A DNA stretch of 64,000 nt from an uncultured Bacteroidota bacterium (lineage in GTDB: Bacteria; Bacteroidota; Bacteroidia; AKYH767-A; OLB10). Each line of letters opens with the position of its first letter. The first letter of the stretch is position 1. The position numbers were made by a program, and so were the translations under genes. Positions 46,656 through 58,111 of the stretch are shown piece after piece. Under the pieces are notes generated by a model. The model had not been told where the DNA came from. It worked only from the letters and a program-made list of their open reading frames with translations, and made no database searches. The stretch is taken from contig CAINEC010000193.1 of assembly GCA_903847585.1 (NCBI GenBank), positions 52,507 to 116,506 on the forward strand, read 5' to 3'.

Positions 46656-47690
46656 ATGAAAAAAAAATCCGCTTTTTTTGTTTTATGTTTGGTACTTGGC
46701 CTTCTGATTTCATCTTGCGACAATTCGCTTGATATTTTAGATGAGTATAAGGAGACCCCAATCGTTTACGGATTACTCAATAAAAACGATACCGTACACT
46801 ACGTCCGTATTCAGAAAGGTTTTTTAGGAGAAGGAAATGCGCTTCTGATGGCTCAATATGCAGACAGCATTTACTACGACACTTCAGAAGTTGATGTGAC
46901 TATTTACAGCGTAATAAACGGGCAGCAGACGGATACAATTAGATTACAACCAACTTTCAGCAAAGTCAAAGAAGAAGGTCTTTTTACTGATGAGAAGCAT
47001 CGTCTTTATCAATTATTTCTTCAAGAACGTATTAACGGAACAATTAATCTGAAACCGTATTTCAAATTAAAAACAGATGCAATCTACCGCTTTGAGTTAA
47101 AAAATAAAGCAACAGGTTTAACATCTGTGGCCTCTACTAATCTTGTCGAAACAATTAGTCAACAAAGCCTTTTCCCATCATCAAAAATAAATCTTGCCTC
47201 CGACTATCCTTACAATGTAAAAATTGGAAGTGCAAGGAATGGAAAAGTGTATGGCCTCATTATGCGTTTTAAATACAAAGAATTTAAGCCAGGTGCGACA
47301 GTAGGTACAGATAAGTACATCGATTACTATCTTGAAAACATATTGAGCACGAACACGAATGGAGGACAATCATTAACTTTTTTAATTGATGGCGCTACGT
47401 TCTTCAGTTATTTGAAGCAACGCATTCCAAAAGATAATAGTGTTAGTCGACCAATAGGTTATGTTGCAGCTGATTTTGTTTTTACTGTTGGAACACCAGA
47501 CTTATACAATTACATTCAGGTAAATGCGCCAGGGAATACAGTGAATTACATTCCTGAATATACCAACCTTAGCAATGGAAAAGGAATCTTCACAAGCCGT
47601 TGGTCAAGTACTGTCTATAATATGAAGTTCAATACTCCTTCGCAAGATTCTTTACTTTACGGTAAATATACTACAGGACTTTTTAACTAA
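46656..47690 (+). CDS. Hypothetical lipoprotein.
   Basis: Lipobox LLISSC; no family recognised. Confidence 0.4.
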   Translation: MKKKSAFFVLCLVLGLLISSCDNSLDILDEYKETPIVYGLLNKNDTVHYVRIQKGFLGEGNALLMAQYADSIYYDTSEVDVTIYSVINGQQTDTIRLQPTFSKVKEEGLFTDEKHRLYQLFLQERINGTINLKPYFKLKTDAIYRFELKNKATGLTSVASTNLVETISQQSLFPSSKINLASDYPYNVKIGSARNGKVYGLIMRFKYKEFKPGATVGTDKYIDYYLENILSTNTNGGQSLTFLIDGATFFSYLKQRIPKDNSVSRPIGYVAADFVFTVGTPDLYNYIQVNAPGNTVNYIPEYTNLSNGKGIFTSRWSSTVYNMKFNTPSQDSLLYGKYTTGLFN

Positions 47691-47746
47691 ATTGTAGGAC
47701 TATTTGTCACTCTGTCAGATTTAATTCAAACCTTTTACGATTAATT

Positions 47747-47762
47747 GTCATATTTATGACAG
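47747..47762 (+). promoter_or_regulatory. TGTCATA-tt-TATGACA inverted repeat (candidate operator) about 65 nt upstream of the dnaK start, with additional TGTCA half-sites at 47704..47719.
   Basis: Perfect 7-bp arms read directly; it is not a CIRCE element. Confidence 0.35.
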
Positions 47763-47825
47763 AAAACTCTGATGGCATATGTATTGCCAACGGCCGCGAA
47801 ATTTTTAAAACTAAAAATCAAACAT

Positions 47826-49724
47826 ATGAGAAAAGTAATTGGAATTGACCTTGGAACAACGAACTCTTGCGTTGCTGTAATGGAAGGTAGTGAGCCTACA
47901 GTCATCGCGAACAGTGAAGGTCGCAGAACAACACCATCGATGGTTGCCTTTATTAAGGATGGTGAACGCAAAGTAGGAGACCCTGCAAAGCGTCAAGCAA
48001 TCACAAACCCTAAACACACCATTCAATCTATTAAGCGATTCATGGGTGAGTCATTTGATAAAATGACAAACGAAATTTCAAGAGTGCCTTACGAAGTTGT
48101 TAAGGGTGACAACAACACACCAAGAGTAAAAATTGAGGAGCGTTTATATACTCCACAAGAAATCTCAGCAATGATTTTACAAAAAATGAAAAAAACAGCT
48201 GAAGATTATTTAGGGTACGAAGTAAGTGAAGCTGTAATTACAGTTCCTGCTTATTTTAATGATGCGCAGCGCCAGGCAACTAAAGAAGCTGGTGAAATTT
48301 CTGGATTAAAAGTGTTAAGAATTATCAATGAACCTACAGCTGCTGCTTTAGCATATGGCTTGGATAAAAAACATACAGATACGAAAGTTGCTGTATTCGA
48401 TTTAGGAGGTGGTACATTCGATATTTCGATCTTAGAATTAGGAGATGGTGTATTTGAAGTAAAGTCAACAAATGGAGATACACACTTAGGTGGTGATGAT
48501 TTCGACCAAGTAATTATTGATTGGTTAAGTCAGGAGTTTAAGAACGATGAAGGCATTGATCTTAAAAAAGACCCTATGGCTATGCAGCGTTTAAAAGAGG
48601 CTGCTGAGAAAGCGAAGATTGAATTATCTAGTTCATCTCAAACAGAAATCAACTTGCCTTACATTATGCCAGTTGATGGAATTCCTAAACACTTAGTAAA
48701 AACATTAACGCGTTCTAAATTTGAACAATTAGCAGATTCTTTAATTCAGAGAACATTAGAGCCATGTAAAAAAGCATTGGCTGATGCAAAAATGACAGCA
48801 TCTAATATCGATGAAGTCATTTTAGTAGGTGGATCAACAAGAATTCCTGCCATTCAAGAAATCGTTGAGAAATTCTTTGGTAAGAAGCCATCTAAAGGTG
48901 TTAATCCTGATGAAGTAGTTGCATTAGGTGCAGCAATTCAAGGAGCGGTATTAACAGGAGAAGTAAAAGATGTATTATTACTTGATGTAACTCCGTTATC
49001 ACTAGGAATTGAAACAATGGGTGGAGTAATGACGAAATTAATTGAAGCCAATACCACCATTCCTTCGAAAAAATCAGAAGTGTTTTCAACGGCTTCAGAC
49101 AACCAACCATCTGTTGAGATTCACATCTTACAAGGTGAGAGACCGATGGCGAAAGACAATAGAACAATTGGTCGCTTTCACTTAGATAGCATCCCTCCTG
49201 CTCCACGTGGTGTGCCTCAAATCGAAGTTATTTTTGATATTGATGCTAATGGAATTCTCCATGTAACTGCAAAGGATAAAGCAACGGGCAAGAGTCAAAA
49301 TATTCGTATTGAAGCATCATCAGGATTAAATGACGACGAAATCAAACGTATGAAAGAAGAAGCTGAAGCAAATGCAGATGCAGATCGTAAGATGAAAGAA
49401 GAAGCAGATAAAATCAATCAGGCTGATTCACTAATCTTCCAAAGCGAAAAACAATTAACTGAGTTTGGAGACAAGATCCCTGCAGATAAGAAATCGGCTA
49501 TTGAATCTGGTCTAAACGAATTAAAAGAGGCGCATAAAAACCGCGATTTAGCTGGAATTGAAGCTGCAATGACAAACTTAAATGCCGCTTGGCAATCTGC
49601 TTCGCAAGACATGTATAATGCATCACAGCAAACTGAAGGGACTCCTGACCAAGGGCCTACGAATAATGCTGGTGACAATGTTACTGATGTTGAATTCGAA
49701 GAAGTAAAAGACGAGAAAAAATAA
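47826..49724 (+). CDS. dnaK: Molecular chaperone DnaK (Hsp70).
   Basis: [33 protein letters not shown], the full Hsp70 signature set and a C-terminal EEVK-like tail; the start is taken at 47826, not the longer ORF start at 47772. Confidence 0.97.
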   Translation: MRKVIGIDLGTTNSCVAVMEGSEPTVIANSEGRRTTPSMVAFIKDGERKVGDPAKRQAITNPKHTIQSIKRFMGESFDKMTNEISRVPYEVVKGDNNTPRVKIEERLYTPQEISAMILQKMKKTAEDYLGYEVSEAVITVPAYFNDAQRQATKEAGEISGLKVLRIINEPTAAALAYGLDKKHTDTKVAVFDLGGGTFDISILELGDGVFEVKSTNGDTHLGGDDFDQVIIDWLSQEFKNDEGIDLKKDPMAMQRLKEAAEKAKIELSSSSQTEINLPYIMPVDGIPKHLVKTLTRSKFEQLADSLIQRTLEPCKKALADAKMTASNIDEVILVGGSTRIPAIQEIVEKFFGKKPSKGVNPDEVVALGAAIQGAVLTGEVKDVLLLDVTPLSLGIETMGGVMTKLIEANTTIPSKKSEVFSTASDNQPSVEIHILQGERPMAKDNRTIGRFHLDSIPPAPRGVPQIEVIFDIDANGILHVTAKDKATGKSQNIRIEASSGLNDDEIKRMKEEAEANADADRKMKEEADKINQADSLIFQSEKQLTEFGDKIPADKKSAIESGLNELKEAHKNRDLAGIEAAMTNLNAAWQSASQDMYNASQQTEGTPDQGPTNNAGDNVTDVEFEEVKDEKK

Positions 49725-49747
49725 TTCTCAACTTAGTGTAAATAAAA

Positions 49748-49778
49748 AGAGGGCTGATAAATCAGCCCTCTTTTTTAT
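49748..49778. terminator. Bidirectional rho-independent terminator between the convergent dnaK and the AT-hook gene.
   Basis: agagggctg-N6-cagccctct hairpin flanked by an A-run and a T-run. Confidence 0.7.
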
Positions 49779-49795
49779 TTTATAATAATTAATGA

Positions 49796-50344
49796 TTATT
49801 TCTTTGGTTCTTTACCTTTCACTGGCTTACCACTTTTCATCCACTCGCGAGTACCCCAAAACATATTCTTACGGTATCCACCATCTTGATAGGTAACAAG
49901 ACGCTCTTGTTTCTTTAATGAAGCCAACAATACAGATACTTTCTTAGCGAATTCAGAACGATCTACATTAGGATATTTCTTCATCATCATTGCAACAATA
50001 TCACGATTGTGAACGAAACGTTTCTGAGCTAATACTAGATCATAAAGCGTTTGCGTTAAGTTACCGTGAAACTGAGCACGAGATCCAACTGGACGACCTC
50101 TCTTGCCTTTACCTTTGATTTTACGTACGATCATTTTCAAATCGATCTCTCCTTTCATTGGACGACCAGGTTTACGCCCTAGCCCACCTTTAACGAAATC
50201 AGAGGGGTCTAATTTTGAAATTGATAATACTCTAATCGCTGCATCTAATGCATTCATGCTGCGATCGAATTCTGCTTTTAGCTGACGCTTTCCGTTTTCG
50301 AGCTCTTTGATAAGCGCTTTAACACTGTTTGTTTGAGTTGTCAT
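49796..50344 (-). CDS. Hypothetical DNA-binding protein with two AT-hook-like motifs.
   Basis: GRKPGRP and KRGRPVG motifs; a basic Lys-rich C-terminus; no enzyme motifs. Confidence 0.4.
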   Translation of the reverse strand: MTTQTNSVKALIKELENGKRQLKAEFDRSMNALDAAIRVLSISKLDPSDFVKGGLGRKPGRPMKGEIDLKMIVRKIKGKGKRGRPVGSRAQFHGNLTQTLYDLVLAQKRFVHNRDIVAMMMKKYPNVDRSEFAKKVSVLLASLKKQERLVTYQDGGYRKNMFWGTREWMKSGKPVKGKEPKK

Positions 50345-50500
50345 AATATTGTTCTAATCTGTTGAGCAAATTTGCGAAATTTTATTTAGAAACGCCAAAC
50401 CATATTATTATAAAAAACATATATATAGGGGCAAGCATAATTGATATTATGCATTTTTACAATTAATTAACTATTTTCAATATGAATACAGGGGTAATTT

Positions 50501-53500
50501 CTACTTTTTCTTTCTTTTGAAAAGATCTTTAAAAGAATTAAACTCTTGTCGATAGAAGACCCCAACCCCTTGGGTATAATTCGAGTTAATATTATTAATT
50601 AGGGTATTATTATTCGATCTATTAAATGCTTTAAGCTTAAATCGACCGTCTTTACTAGCCATGTATTCCACGTTAAAATCACCAACAATATTCGTTGTAT
50701 TTTGCCCTTTGGTTGGCGTATTAGCAGTACCGCCACTAACATCTATAAGAATTCTATTATTAAATATTGATGTTTGAACCCCTACTTCAATCTGATCATT
50801 TGTAACCTGATCACCTGGATTATAACTTACGTTTACATCGAATTGATCACTTATCTGCGATGCCCAGTTACTTAACTGATTAGTTAATAATTCATAAGCA
50901 TTAGAACCTACAATCGCCCCTGAAGAAACACCACCACGATCACTTAAATCACTTGGTGTAGTAAAACGTTTGGCTACAATCAATGAAATTGCCTGACGGT
51001 ATTTTTCTTCTTCTGTATTGATTAATCGTTTAATCTGAGTTTCAACTGTTGGATCTACATTCTGAACACTAATATCGAAAGAGATATTTGGATTGAATAA
51101 TTTGTCGGTCAAATTCAGTTTAAGTGTTACAGGCACATTCTTTTTGAAGGTGCTGTCTTGAAATAAATCGAATAAACTCACTTTAGGTTTATACAATGCA
51201 CTGATATTAATATTTGCATCGTATGGATCACCATTCCAGCGGATATAACCACCACGCTCTAAGTAAAAGTTCTTGTTCAATACATTTTGCATGGTAAATA
51301 AATACTTACCACTTTCTAATTCATAATTACCATACATCTTTAAATCTTCCGTAGGTGTCACAGTCATTCGCAAATTACCTTTACCTGTACCTTCAATTAC
51401 ATCACCAATTTTAGAATCAAACACCAAAGAAATAATAGCATCAGTTGTTGCTTCCAACGACATATCGATAGTCATTCCACTGAAGTCAATTGAATCTTGC
51501 TTTAATGAATTAGCAATATTATCAGACTGATTAACAAAAGTGACAAATCCTGTTTTACTAATTTCTTCAGGATTACTGAGTGGAATATAAATCTTTGTTC
51601 CCTTCTCTGATTTTAATCCGATATTAAATGAAAGATTATCTACAGGGCCTTTAATTACTGTACTTCCCGATGCATAAGCTTCTCCATAATATACATCATT
51701 ATCACTAGCCGTTGTGTTTAATACTTGAATATTATTTGCTTTGAATTCTAAATCGAAATTCCAATCCTTTAAGTAATTGTGCGTTATCGAACCATTAAGT
51801 TTTGCTTGATTGCCTTTAATATCATTAATTGTTACATCTCTAAAAAGGATTTTATTGTTAAGCAATTCCAACTCTGTATTTAAATTGTAAGTTGTCTTTA
51901 AATAATCCAAGGTAAGATTTACTTTTTGCAGAGTAAGATTACCAGTCAATGATGGTTTATTAATAGTTCCAACTAATTTCAACTCTCCACTTGCAATACC
52001 AGATAAATTTGAAAATATATCTTGTGCATAATGACTAAACGATTGCAGTCGTGTTTTTTTGACTTTAACTGTAAAGTCTAGTTCATCATCTTTTTCCTTC
52101 AAATAATATTTACCATTAATAAGGAAATTTTTATCGCCACCATGGGTTAAGTCTCCTCTGATTACAACCACATTTTCATTTCCATCAAACTCAGTGATAA
52201 TATTTGCATCGCCTAATGTATCAGCAAACCAACATAAACGTTGTATTGATAAATTAGCATCTATTAACGGCTTCTTTAATAATGAAGTTATCTCTGCTTC
52301 TCCATTGGCGATACCACTTATTTGAGCATCATAAATCTTAAGTACATCATTTAAGTTCCCAGTTTCAAAATTCTCAAATTTCACTTTAATTTTAGCTGTA
52401 GTATCTTGAGATAATATTCCTGATATACCTACGAATTGATCTTCCGAGTTAAAATCAAACTTACTAAACAATACACCTGTTGAATCAATAAGTAAATAAT
52501 TTTCGTTGTTTAAAAACCATGTACTTCCATTCATCACTAGGTGATCAGGAATAACTTTTAATGTAGTGTAACCTGTAGGTAAAATTTTTGTGTCAAATCG
52601 AAAGTCAGCGTTATTAATCTTTTTCTCTTCACCCGACAATTCAACATGAATACTAGCCGTATCAAAACCGGTGATACCTTCTAAATCTACTTCACCAATT
52701 AGCAATTCATCATCTACATAAACAGAATCTAAACTTGTTTGCAATTGAAAGTTTTCATTAGCAACTTCACCACTCAACAAAAAGTTATGCAACGAAATGT
52801 TTTCATATGCCACGTATTTACTTTTTGCATCCAATGATAATTCAAAAGCTTCTGAATTTAAGTTACCACTGATGCTTGTATTATCCGCAATTTTTAACGC
52901 AGGATAAAAAACATCCAAAATACTTTGAACTCTATTTAAATCAATTTTAAAATTTAATTTCTGCGGCACATCGCGACTAATTTGCATAGTCGTGTTAGTG
53001 GGAATATAATTAGAAAACACAACCTTTGATGCAGATAATACTTTATCTAGATTAAACCTCCCTGTCAGTAAACAATTAAAAGCATCAGAGTTGATTTTTA
53101 ATATTCGCTTGTCATTAATAATCGACTCTACATCAATCTGCGCTATATTGATTGATTTATCATTTTCGCTGTATTGCAAATCTTCAATACTGATTGTTCC
53201 CTGTGTATTTTCGATATTATCACCCACTAGATTAATAGAAATATCTGTGGTAACATTAGCAGACAAATCTCTGTCGATTAGTTTTAGCTTTGAAAGCATT
53301 GCAGTGCGCACAGTGGAATTAAAATGCATTTCAGGAAGGTTACCACTAAAATCAACATCCCCTTGAAAATCCATATCAAGATTTGGATCTGCAACTATAA
53401 ACTCACCATTAAACAACTTTTTTGCAAACTGACCATTCAATGAAATGTTTGAATAATTATAGCCATGCAAATGCAATTTATCTACTTTACCTTCAATATT

Positions 53501-54892
53501 GGCAACTACATTCTTTATTTCCAATCCGTGACCTTGCACCTTAACATTCAAGGTTGCAGCACCTACTTCAGGATCTAGTTTCCAAAACTTTCCTACATTA
53601 AAATTAACTAAACCAACATCCCCTGTATATGCAGTATTCTTATCTTCCTTTTCAACTTTAAAGTTTATATCAGTATTAATATTACCAATATCAGTTGTAA
53701 TATTTCCTCGAGATACAAAGTCATAAAAGTACCCTTCAAAAGATCCTGAGTAATGCACTTTACCAAGTAATGCAATATTATTTGGTAGAACAATATTCTT
53801 TTTTAAATCGAATGGATACTGTGGAAGCGACTCCACATCTTTTTTATTCAAGCATAAATCAGCTGCTTCAATAAACATGGAGGTCGACTCCATATCTGGC
53901 AATCCTGTCATAGCAACATTACCACGGAAATATAAATCATCCGTAAATTTTAAAACTAGATTTTTTGTTTTGAATTTACTGACTGTGCCTTTGTAGGTTC
54001 CTGAAACATATACAGACTCATCCACATCTTTCAATTCACTCGAAAAATATTTCAAATCTTTAAAAGATACTTTACTATCATAAATCTGTCCTTTGCAATT
54101 AACTTTATTGATGAAGTCTTCAAAATCTTCCATTGAATTATACTTCATATTAAAATCGCAAAGAATATCGCTATTAGGAGTTTTGGCCGCTAGCGTTTTT
54201 AAATCGATAATTTTATCTGCAATTGCAACTTTCGTTGCAAAAGAATTTAAAACGAATCCGCTCTTCTCTTTCAAAGAAAGCTGACGAATATTTAATGTAG
54301 TTTGATTGGTATCAGGAATAATATCCGTTACATGCAAATTAACATTGGTAAAATAGGCATCATCCCAGTTAATACATGATGTAGCATCATTATATTTCAA
54401 ATCGCGATAGGATATGATATTATCTGTAAGCCTTACATCTTCAATTTTCAAATCCCATTTTTTCGATTTTGTTTTTTTCTTTTCTGAAGAAGAAAAATAA
54501 TCAATGATAAAATCGATATTAAAACTTCGTGGATTAGCGTAACGGACCAAACCAATTCTTGCACGGTTCAATTCAACTTCACTAATAATGATACGTTGCT
54601 TAGGAATACTAAATGCTGAGAAAGTAACATTCAATTCAGGAGCAAAAATAACAGTGTCCTTTTTTTGATCGGCAAAGTACACTTCATCTAACTGTATTGT
54701 TTTAAAAAACTTGATATCAACTGCGCCAACAGAAACTTTACAATCGAGCTCATTGCTTAAATAAGTACCAACAAGATTAACCGCCCATGTTTGAACCTTA
54801 GGCGACTTGATTGCTATTTTCAACGAAAAAAATAGCAAGACAACGCCCAGCAGGACAAAAGCAACAATTTTTCCGATCTTTTTAATTTTCAC
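50501..54892 (-). CDS. tamB: Translocation and assembly module protein TamB-like (AsmA/DUF490 family).
   Basis: A single N-terminal TM anchor, then a beta-rich repetitive body of 1463 aa; C-terminal DUF490-like region. Confidence 0.65.
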   Translation of the reverse strand: MKIKKIGKIVAFVLLGVVLLFFSLKIAIKSPKVQTWAVNLVGTYLSNELDCKVSVGAVDIKFFKTIQLDEVYFADQKKDTVIFAPELNVTFSAFSIPKQRIIISEVELNRARIGLVRYANPRSFNIDFIIDYFSSSEKKKTKSKKWDLKIEDVRLTDNIISYRDLKYNDATSCINWDDAYFTNVNLHVTDIIPDTNQTTLNIRQLSLKEKSGFVLNSFATKVAIADKIIDLKTLAAKTPNSDILCDFNMKYNSMEDFEDFINKVNCKGQIYDSKVSFKDLKYFSSELKDVDESVYVSGTYKGTVSKFKTKNLVLKFTDDLYFRGNVAMTGLPDMESTSMFIEAADLCLNKKDVESLPQYPFDLKKNIVLPNNIALLGKVHYSGSFEGYFYDFVSRGNITTDIGNINTDINFKVEKEDKNTAYTGDVGLVNFNVGKFWKLDPEVGAATLNVKVQGHGLEIKNVVANIEGKVDKLHLHGYNYSNISLNGQFAKKLFNGEFIVADPNLDMDFQGDVDFSGNLPEMHFNSTVRTAMLSKLKLIDRDLSANVTTDISINLVGDNIENTQGTISIEDLQYSENDKSINIAQIDVESIINDKRILKINSDAFNCLLTGRFNLDKVLSASKVVFSNYIPTNTTMQISRDVPQKLNFKIDLNRVQSILDVFYPALKIADNTSISGNLNSEAFELSLDAKSKYVAYENISLHNFLLSGEVANENFQLQTSLDSVYVDDELLIGEVDLEGITGFDTASIHVELSGEEKKINNADFRFDTKILPTGYTTLKVIPDHLVMNGSTWFLNNENYLLIDSTGVLFSKFDFNSEDQFVGISGILSQDTTAKIKVKFENFETGNLNDVLKIYDAQISGIANGEAEITSLLKKPLIDANLSIQRLCWFADTLGDANIITEFDGNENVVVIRGDLTHGGDKNFLINGKYYLKEKDDELDFTVKVKKTRLQSFSHYAQDIFSNLSGIASGELKLVGTINKPSLTGNLTLQKVNLTLDYLKTTYNLNTELELLNNKILFRDVTINDIKGNQAKLNGSITHNYLKDWNFDLEFKANNIQVLNTTASDNDVYYGEAYASGSTVIKGPVDNLSFNIGLKSEKGTKIYIPLSNPEEISKTGFVTFVNQSDNIANSLKQDSIDFSGMTIDMSLEATTDAIISLVFDSKIGDVIEGTGKGNLRMTVTPTEDLKMYGNYELESGKYLFTMQNVLNKNFYLERGGYIRWNGDPYDANINISALYKPKVSLFDLFQDSTFKKNVPVTLKLNLTDKLFNPNISFDISVQNVDPTVETQIKRLINTEEEKYRQAISLIVAKRFTTPSDLSDRGGVSSGAIVGSNAYELLTNQLSNWASQISDQFDVNVSYNPGDQVTNDQIEVGVQTSIFNNRILIDVSGGTANTPTKGQNTTNIVGDFNVEYMASKDGRFKLKAFNRSNNNTLINNINSNYTQGVGVFYRQEFNSFKDLFKRKKK

Positions 54893-54991
54893 TTATGAGA
54901 AAGTATATACAAAAATACGAATTCACCCCCATTACTTTTAAAGAATTATTATAAAATAGTAAACGAACAAATGTTACTTTTGTGATGCAAA

Positions 54992-56020
54992 ATGAGCAAT
55001 AATCCCATTTATATTTTAGGCATCGAAACCTCGTGTGACGAGACCTCAGCCTCCGTCACAAAAAATGGTGTTGTATGTTCCAATATTATAGCTACTCAAG
55101 AGGTACATTTTAAGTATGGTGGCGTTGTGCCTGAGTTGGCTTCCAGAGCACATCAGCAACAAATAATACCCGTTGTAGATGCAGCACTTAAAGAAGCGGG
55201 AATTACCGTAAATGAATTAACAGCAGTAGCCTTTACGAGAGGACCAGGATTAATTGGAGCTTTATTGGTCGGTTGTTCTTTTGCTAAGTCGTTATCATTG
55301 GCGCTCGACATTCCACTGATAGAAGTGAACCATATGCAAGCTCATATCATCGGCAATTTTGCATCAAGACAAGGGGAAATTAAGTCTTACCCTACCTTCC
55401 CGTTTTTATGTTTGACGGTTTCAGGTGGACATACCCAATTGGTATTGGTAGAGTCGCATTTAAAAATGAACATCATCGGACAAACAATCGATGATGCGGC
55501 AGGAGAAGCATTTGATAAAGTGGCTAAAATGCTTAAGCTACCCTACCCTGGCGGACCTGAAGTAGATAAGCAAGCACAAACTGGTAATCCTAATCGATTC
55601 AAATTCCCGGTTTCTGATATTGGCGGTTATGACTTTAGCTTTAGCGGATTAAAAACTTCGGTGTTATATTTTTTGCAGAAGGAGACTAAAGAAAACCCGA
55701 ATTTTATCAGTGAAAATTTAGCGGACATTTGTGCCTCAGTTCAATATACCATCATTAAAACATTAATGAAAAAGTTAAAGCTGGCTGCCAGCAATTACGA
55801 TATTAAAACCATCGCAATTTCGGGAGGTGTATCAGCTAATAAAGGAATCAGAAATGCACTACAGGAAGAAGTCAATGCCAGTGGTTGGAATGTTTTTATT
55901 CCTAACTTCGAATATTGCACCGATAATGCAGGAATGATTTCACTTTATGGTTACTATAAATATTTAGCAAAAGAATTTTGTGAATTATCAATAAGCCCAG
56001 TTGCACGATATCCATTTTAA
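54992..56020 (+). CDS. tsaD: tRNA N6-adenosine threonylcarbamoyltransferase TsaD.
   Basis: ILGIETSCDETSASV, HMQAHI and the conserved Kae1/TsaD metal-binding pattern. Confidence 0.9.
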   Translation: MSNNPIYILGIETSCDETSASVTKNGVVCSNIIATQEVHFKYGGVVPELASRAHQQQIIPVVDAALKEAGITVNELTAVAFTRGPGLIGALLVGCSFAKSLSLALDIPLIEVNHMQAHIIGNFASRQGEIKSYPTFPFLCLTVSGGHTQLVLVESHLKMNIIGQTIDDAAGEAFDKVAKMLKLPYPGGPEVDKQAQTGNPNRFKFPVSDIGGYDFSFSGLKTSVLYFLQKETKENPNFISENLADICASVQYTIIKTLMKKLKLAASNYDIKTIAISGGVSANKGIRNALQEEVNASGWNVFIPNFEYCTDNAGMISLYGYYKYLAKEFCELSISPVARYPF

Positions 56021-56030
56021 TACTATTACA

Positions 56031-56918
56031 ATGTCAGATAACAAAAACAAATCGAACATCATTTTAATAATTCTACTTTTAATATCTGTAGGATTTAACA
56101 TCTATCAATATTCAGCAAAAAACAATCTGATTACTGAAAGCAAAAACGAGCGTGACAGTTTGATTACTGCAAGAGTAGATATTGAAAAAGAACTGAATGA
56201 GACCTACTCTGAATTAAATCAGTATAAAGGTGAAAATGCAAGAATGGACAGCTTACTGTCTAAAGCAAATACGGATTTAAAATCGTATGAAGATAAAATT
56301 GCACAATTGCTAAAATCGGAAAGCAACAAAGATCAGTTAAACAAGAAATTGTCTGAGGAGTTAAAAGAAATCAAAAAGCTTCGTGATCAGTATTTAGAAA
56401 AAATCGACAACTTACTTGCTGAAAACACAAAGTTAAAAAAAGACAATTCCGATTTAAATTCGAAAGTGGAACAGATTTCAAAAGATCTTCAAAACACTGT
56501 CAACACAGCATCTGTTTTAAGAGTAGAATATTTGAATATTGCTACGTTAAAGAAAAAGTATAACGATAAATATGCTCCTACAGTATTAGCAAAACGCACA
56601 GAAAAATTTGATATTTGCTTTACCATTTTGGAAAATAAAATTGCAAAGAGTGGTAGCAGAACAATTTATTTGCGTTTAATATCACCTAACGGAAAAGTAA
56701 TTGGAGATCGTTCACAAGGCAGCGGTAGTTTTACCGATACAAAAAGCAATAGTCAAATGCAATTTACACTAAGCAAGTCGTTAGTCTATAGCAATGCTAA
56801 TGCTAACTTATGTATGACGTGGGAGTCGGCAGGAGAAAAATACGACGTTGGTATTTACACTGCTGAAATTTACATCGATGGAATCTATAGCAGCAGTAAG
56901 ACCGTTGAGTTACGATAA
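56031..56918 (+). CDS. Coiled-coil membrane-anchored hypothetical protein.
   Basis: An N-terminal TM helix (IILIILLLISVGFNIY), then about 150 aa of heptad-rich sequence; the start is taken at MSDNK. Confidence 0.4.
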   Translation: MSDNKNKSNIILIILLLISVGFNIYQYSAKNNLITESKNERDSLITARVDIEKELNETYSELNQYKGENARMDSLLSKANTDLKSYEDKIAQLLKSESNKDQLNKKLSEELKEIKKLRDQYLEKIDNLLAENTKLKKDNSDLNSKVEQISKDLQNTVNTASVLRVEYLNIATLKKKYNDKYAPTVLAKRTEKFDICFTILENKIAKSGSRTIYLRLISPNGKVIGDRSQGSGSFTDTKSNSQMQFTLSKSLVYSNANANLCMTWESAGEKYDVGIYTAEIYIDGIYSSSKTVELR

Positions 56919-56923
56919 TCGCA

Positions 56924-58111
56924 TTAACTTTTAATCAACTTAGCTAAATACATGCTATCGGCATATGAACCGACGCCTGATATTATTTTTTGCTCTACTA
57001 ATTTTAGCGTGTGATTAGCTAATAGTTGTTTAATAACTTCTGAGTTTTCTTGTGCATATACAGAGCAAGTAGAATAATAAAGCACTCCCCCTTTTTTTAG
57101 CACTGCTAATAAATTGCTGGCGATGTTATATTGTAATTCGGAGAAGGCTTCAACCTTTTCTTTTGTGATTGACAACTTCTGCTCAGGTGTACGTGACCAT
57201 GTACCTGATCCTGAACAGGGGACATCAGCAATAATTGCATCATATAATGCAGCGCTATTTTGGGCAGTTGAATCACTCCAGTCTGCAACTCTCGATTTAT
57301 AATTAGTAATATGATTCCGCTTAAATCTTAATTGAAGATTAGTCAAAATCGATTCACGGATATCCGTTACCGTTAAATCGATATCAGATTGCAAATCTAA
57401 AAGCTGTAGCGATTTACCACCAGAAGCAGCACAGGCGTCAAGCCATTTTTCGTTTGATGCAGGAGAATAGTTAGTACCAAGTAATTGTGACGACAAATCC
57501 TGAATTTCTATCCAACCTTTCTTATATGCATCTGAATTTAAAACATCAAAATCATCAGAAAGTTGTAAAGCTAAATTTGAAGCAGGATGAATTTTAAAAT
57601 CAATCTTGTTGTTTTCAAAAAATGTTAATGCTTGCTTTTCAAATTTTCTGTTTATACGAATCCACAAATTCCGTCGAAGAAAGCCATCATAAACAAAATC
57701 ATTCAACGGCAAATTATTTTCTATTAAATCACATAGCGGAAAAATTTCAGATGGATTTAATACTATTGAAAATTCTTTTTGCAATAATTCACATTTTAGT
57801 TTTGGTTGCAATACGATTGAAGCAAGCAACTTTTCATCTTTAAAGAAACGTTCACTGAATGCATCAACGTGTTCGTAGGAAAGAAACAATGCAATGGCCA
57901 ACCGTTCATTATTAGGAAGCTCATTAACGGCATTGCCTAGACGCCACCATGCATAACAAAGCTGACGAATATTTCTTCTATCGCGCGAGCCAAGTTTAGG
58001 ATTAGTCTGAAAATATTTTTTCAGATAGATCGCAAACGGCTCCAAAAAATTATAGCCCTGTATACAATCCAGGGCTATATTGAATAAAAAATTATTAGAA
58101 ACAGAAATCAT
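56924..58111 (-). CDS. RsmB/RsmF (NOL1/NOP2/Sun) family RNA cytosine-C5 methyltransferase.
   Basis: Motif I DACAASGGKS and motif IV DVPCSGSGTWSR. Confidence 0.7.
   Translation of the reverse strand: MISVSNNFLFNIALDCIQGYNFLEPFAIYLKKYFQTNPKLGSRDRRNIRQLCYAWWRLGNAVNELPNNERLAIALFLSYEHVDAFSERFFKDEKLLASIVLQPKLKCELLQKEFSIVLNPSEIFPLCDLIENNLPLNDFVYDGFLRRNLWIRINRKFEKQALTFFENNKIDFKIHPASNLALQLSDDFDVLNSDAYKKGWIEIQDLSSQLLGTNYSPASNEKWLDACAASGGKSLQLLDLQSDIDLTVTDIRESILTNLQLRFKRNHITNYKSRVADWSDSTAQNSAALYDAIIADVPCSGSGTWSRTPEQKLSITKEKVEAFSELQYNIASNLLAVLKKGGVLYYSTCSVYAQENSEVIKQLLANHTLKLVEQKIISGVGSYADSMYLAKLIKS

Noticed and set aside
47772-47825. N-terminal extension of dnaK ([18 protein letters not shown])
   Set aside because: Hsp70 homology begins at [10 protein letters not shown] (47826); the extension overlaps the upstream palindrome and promoter region.
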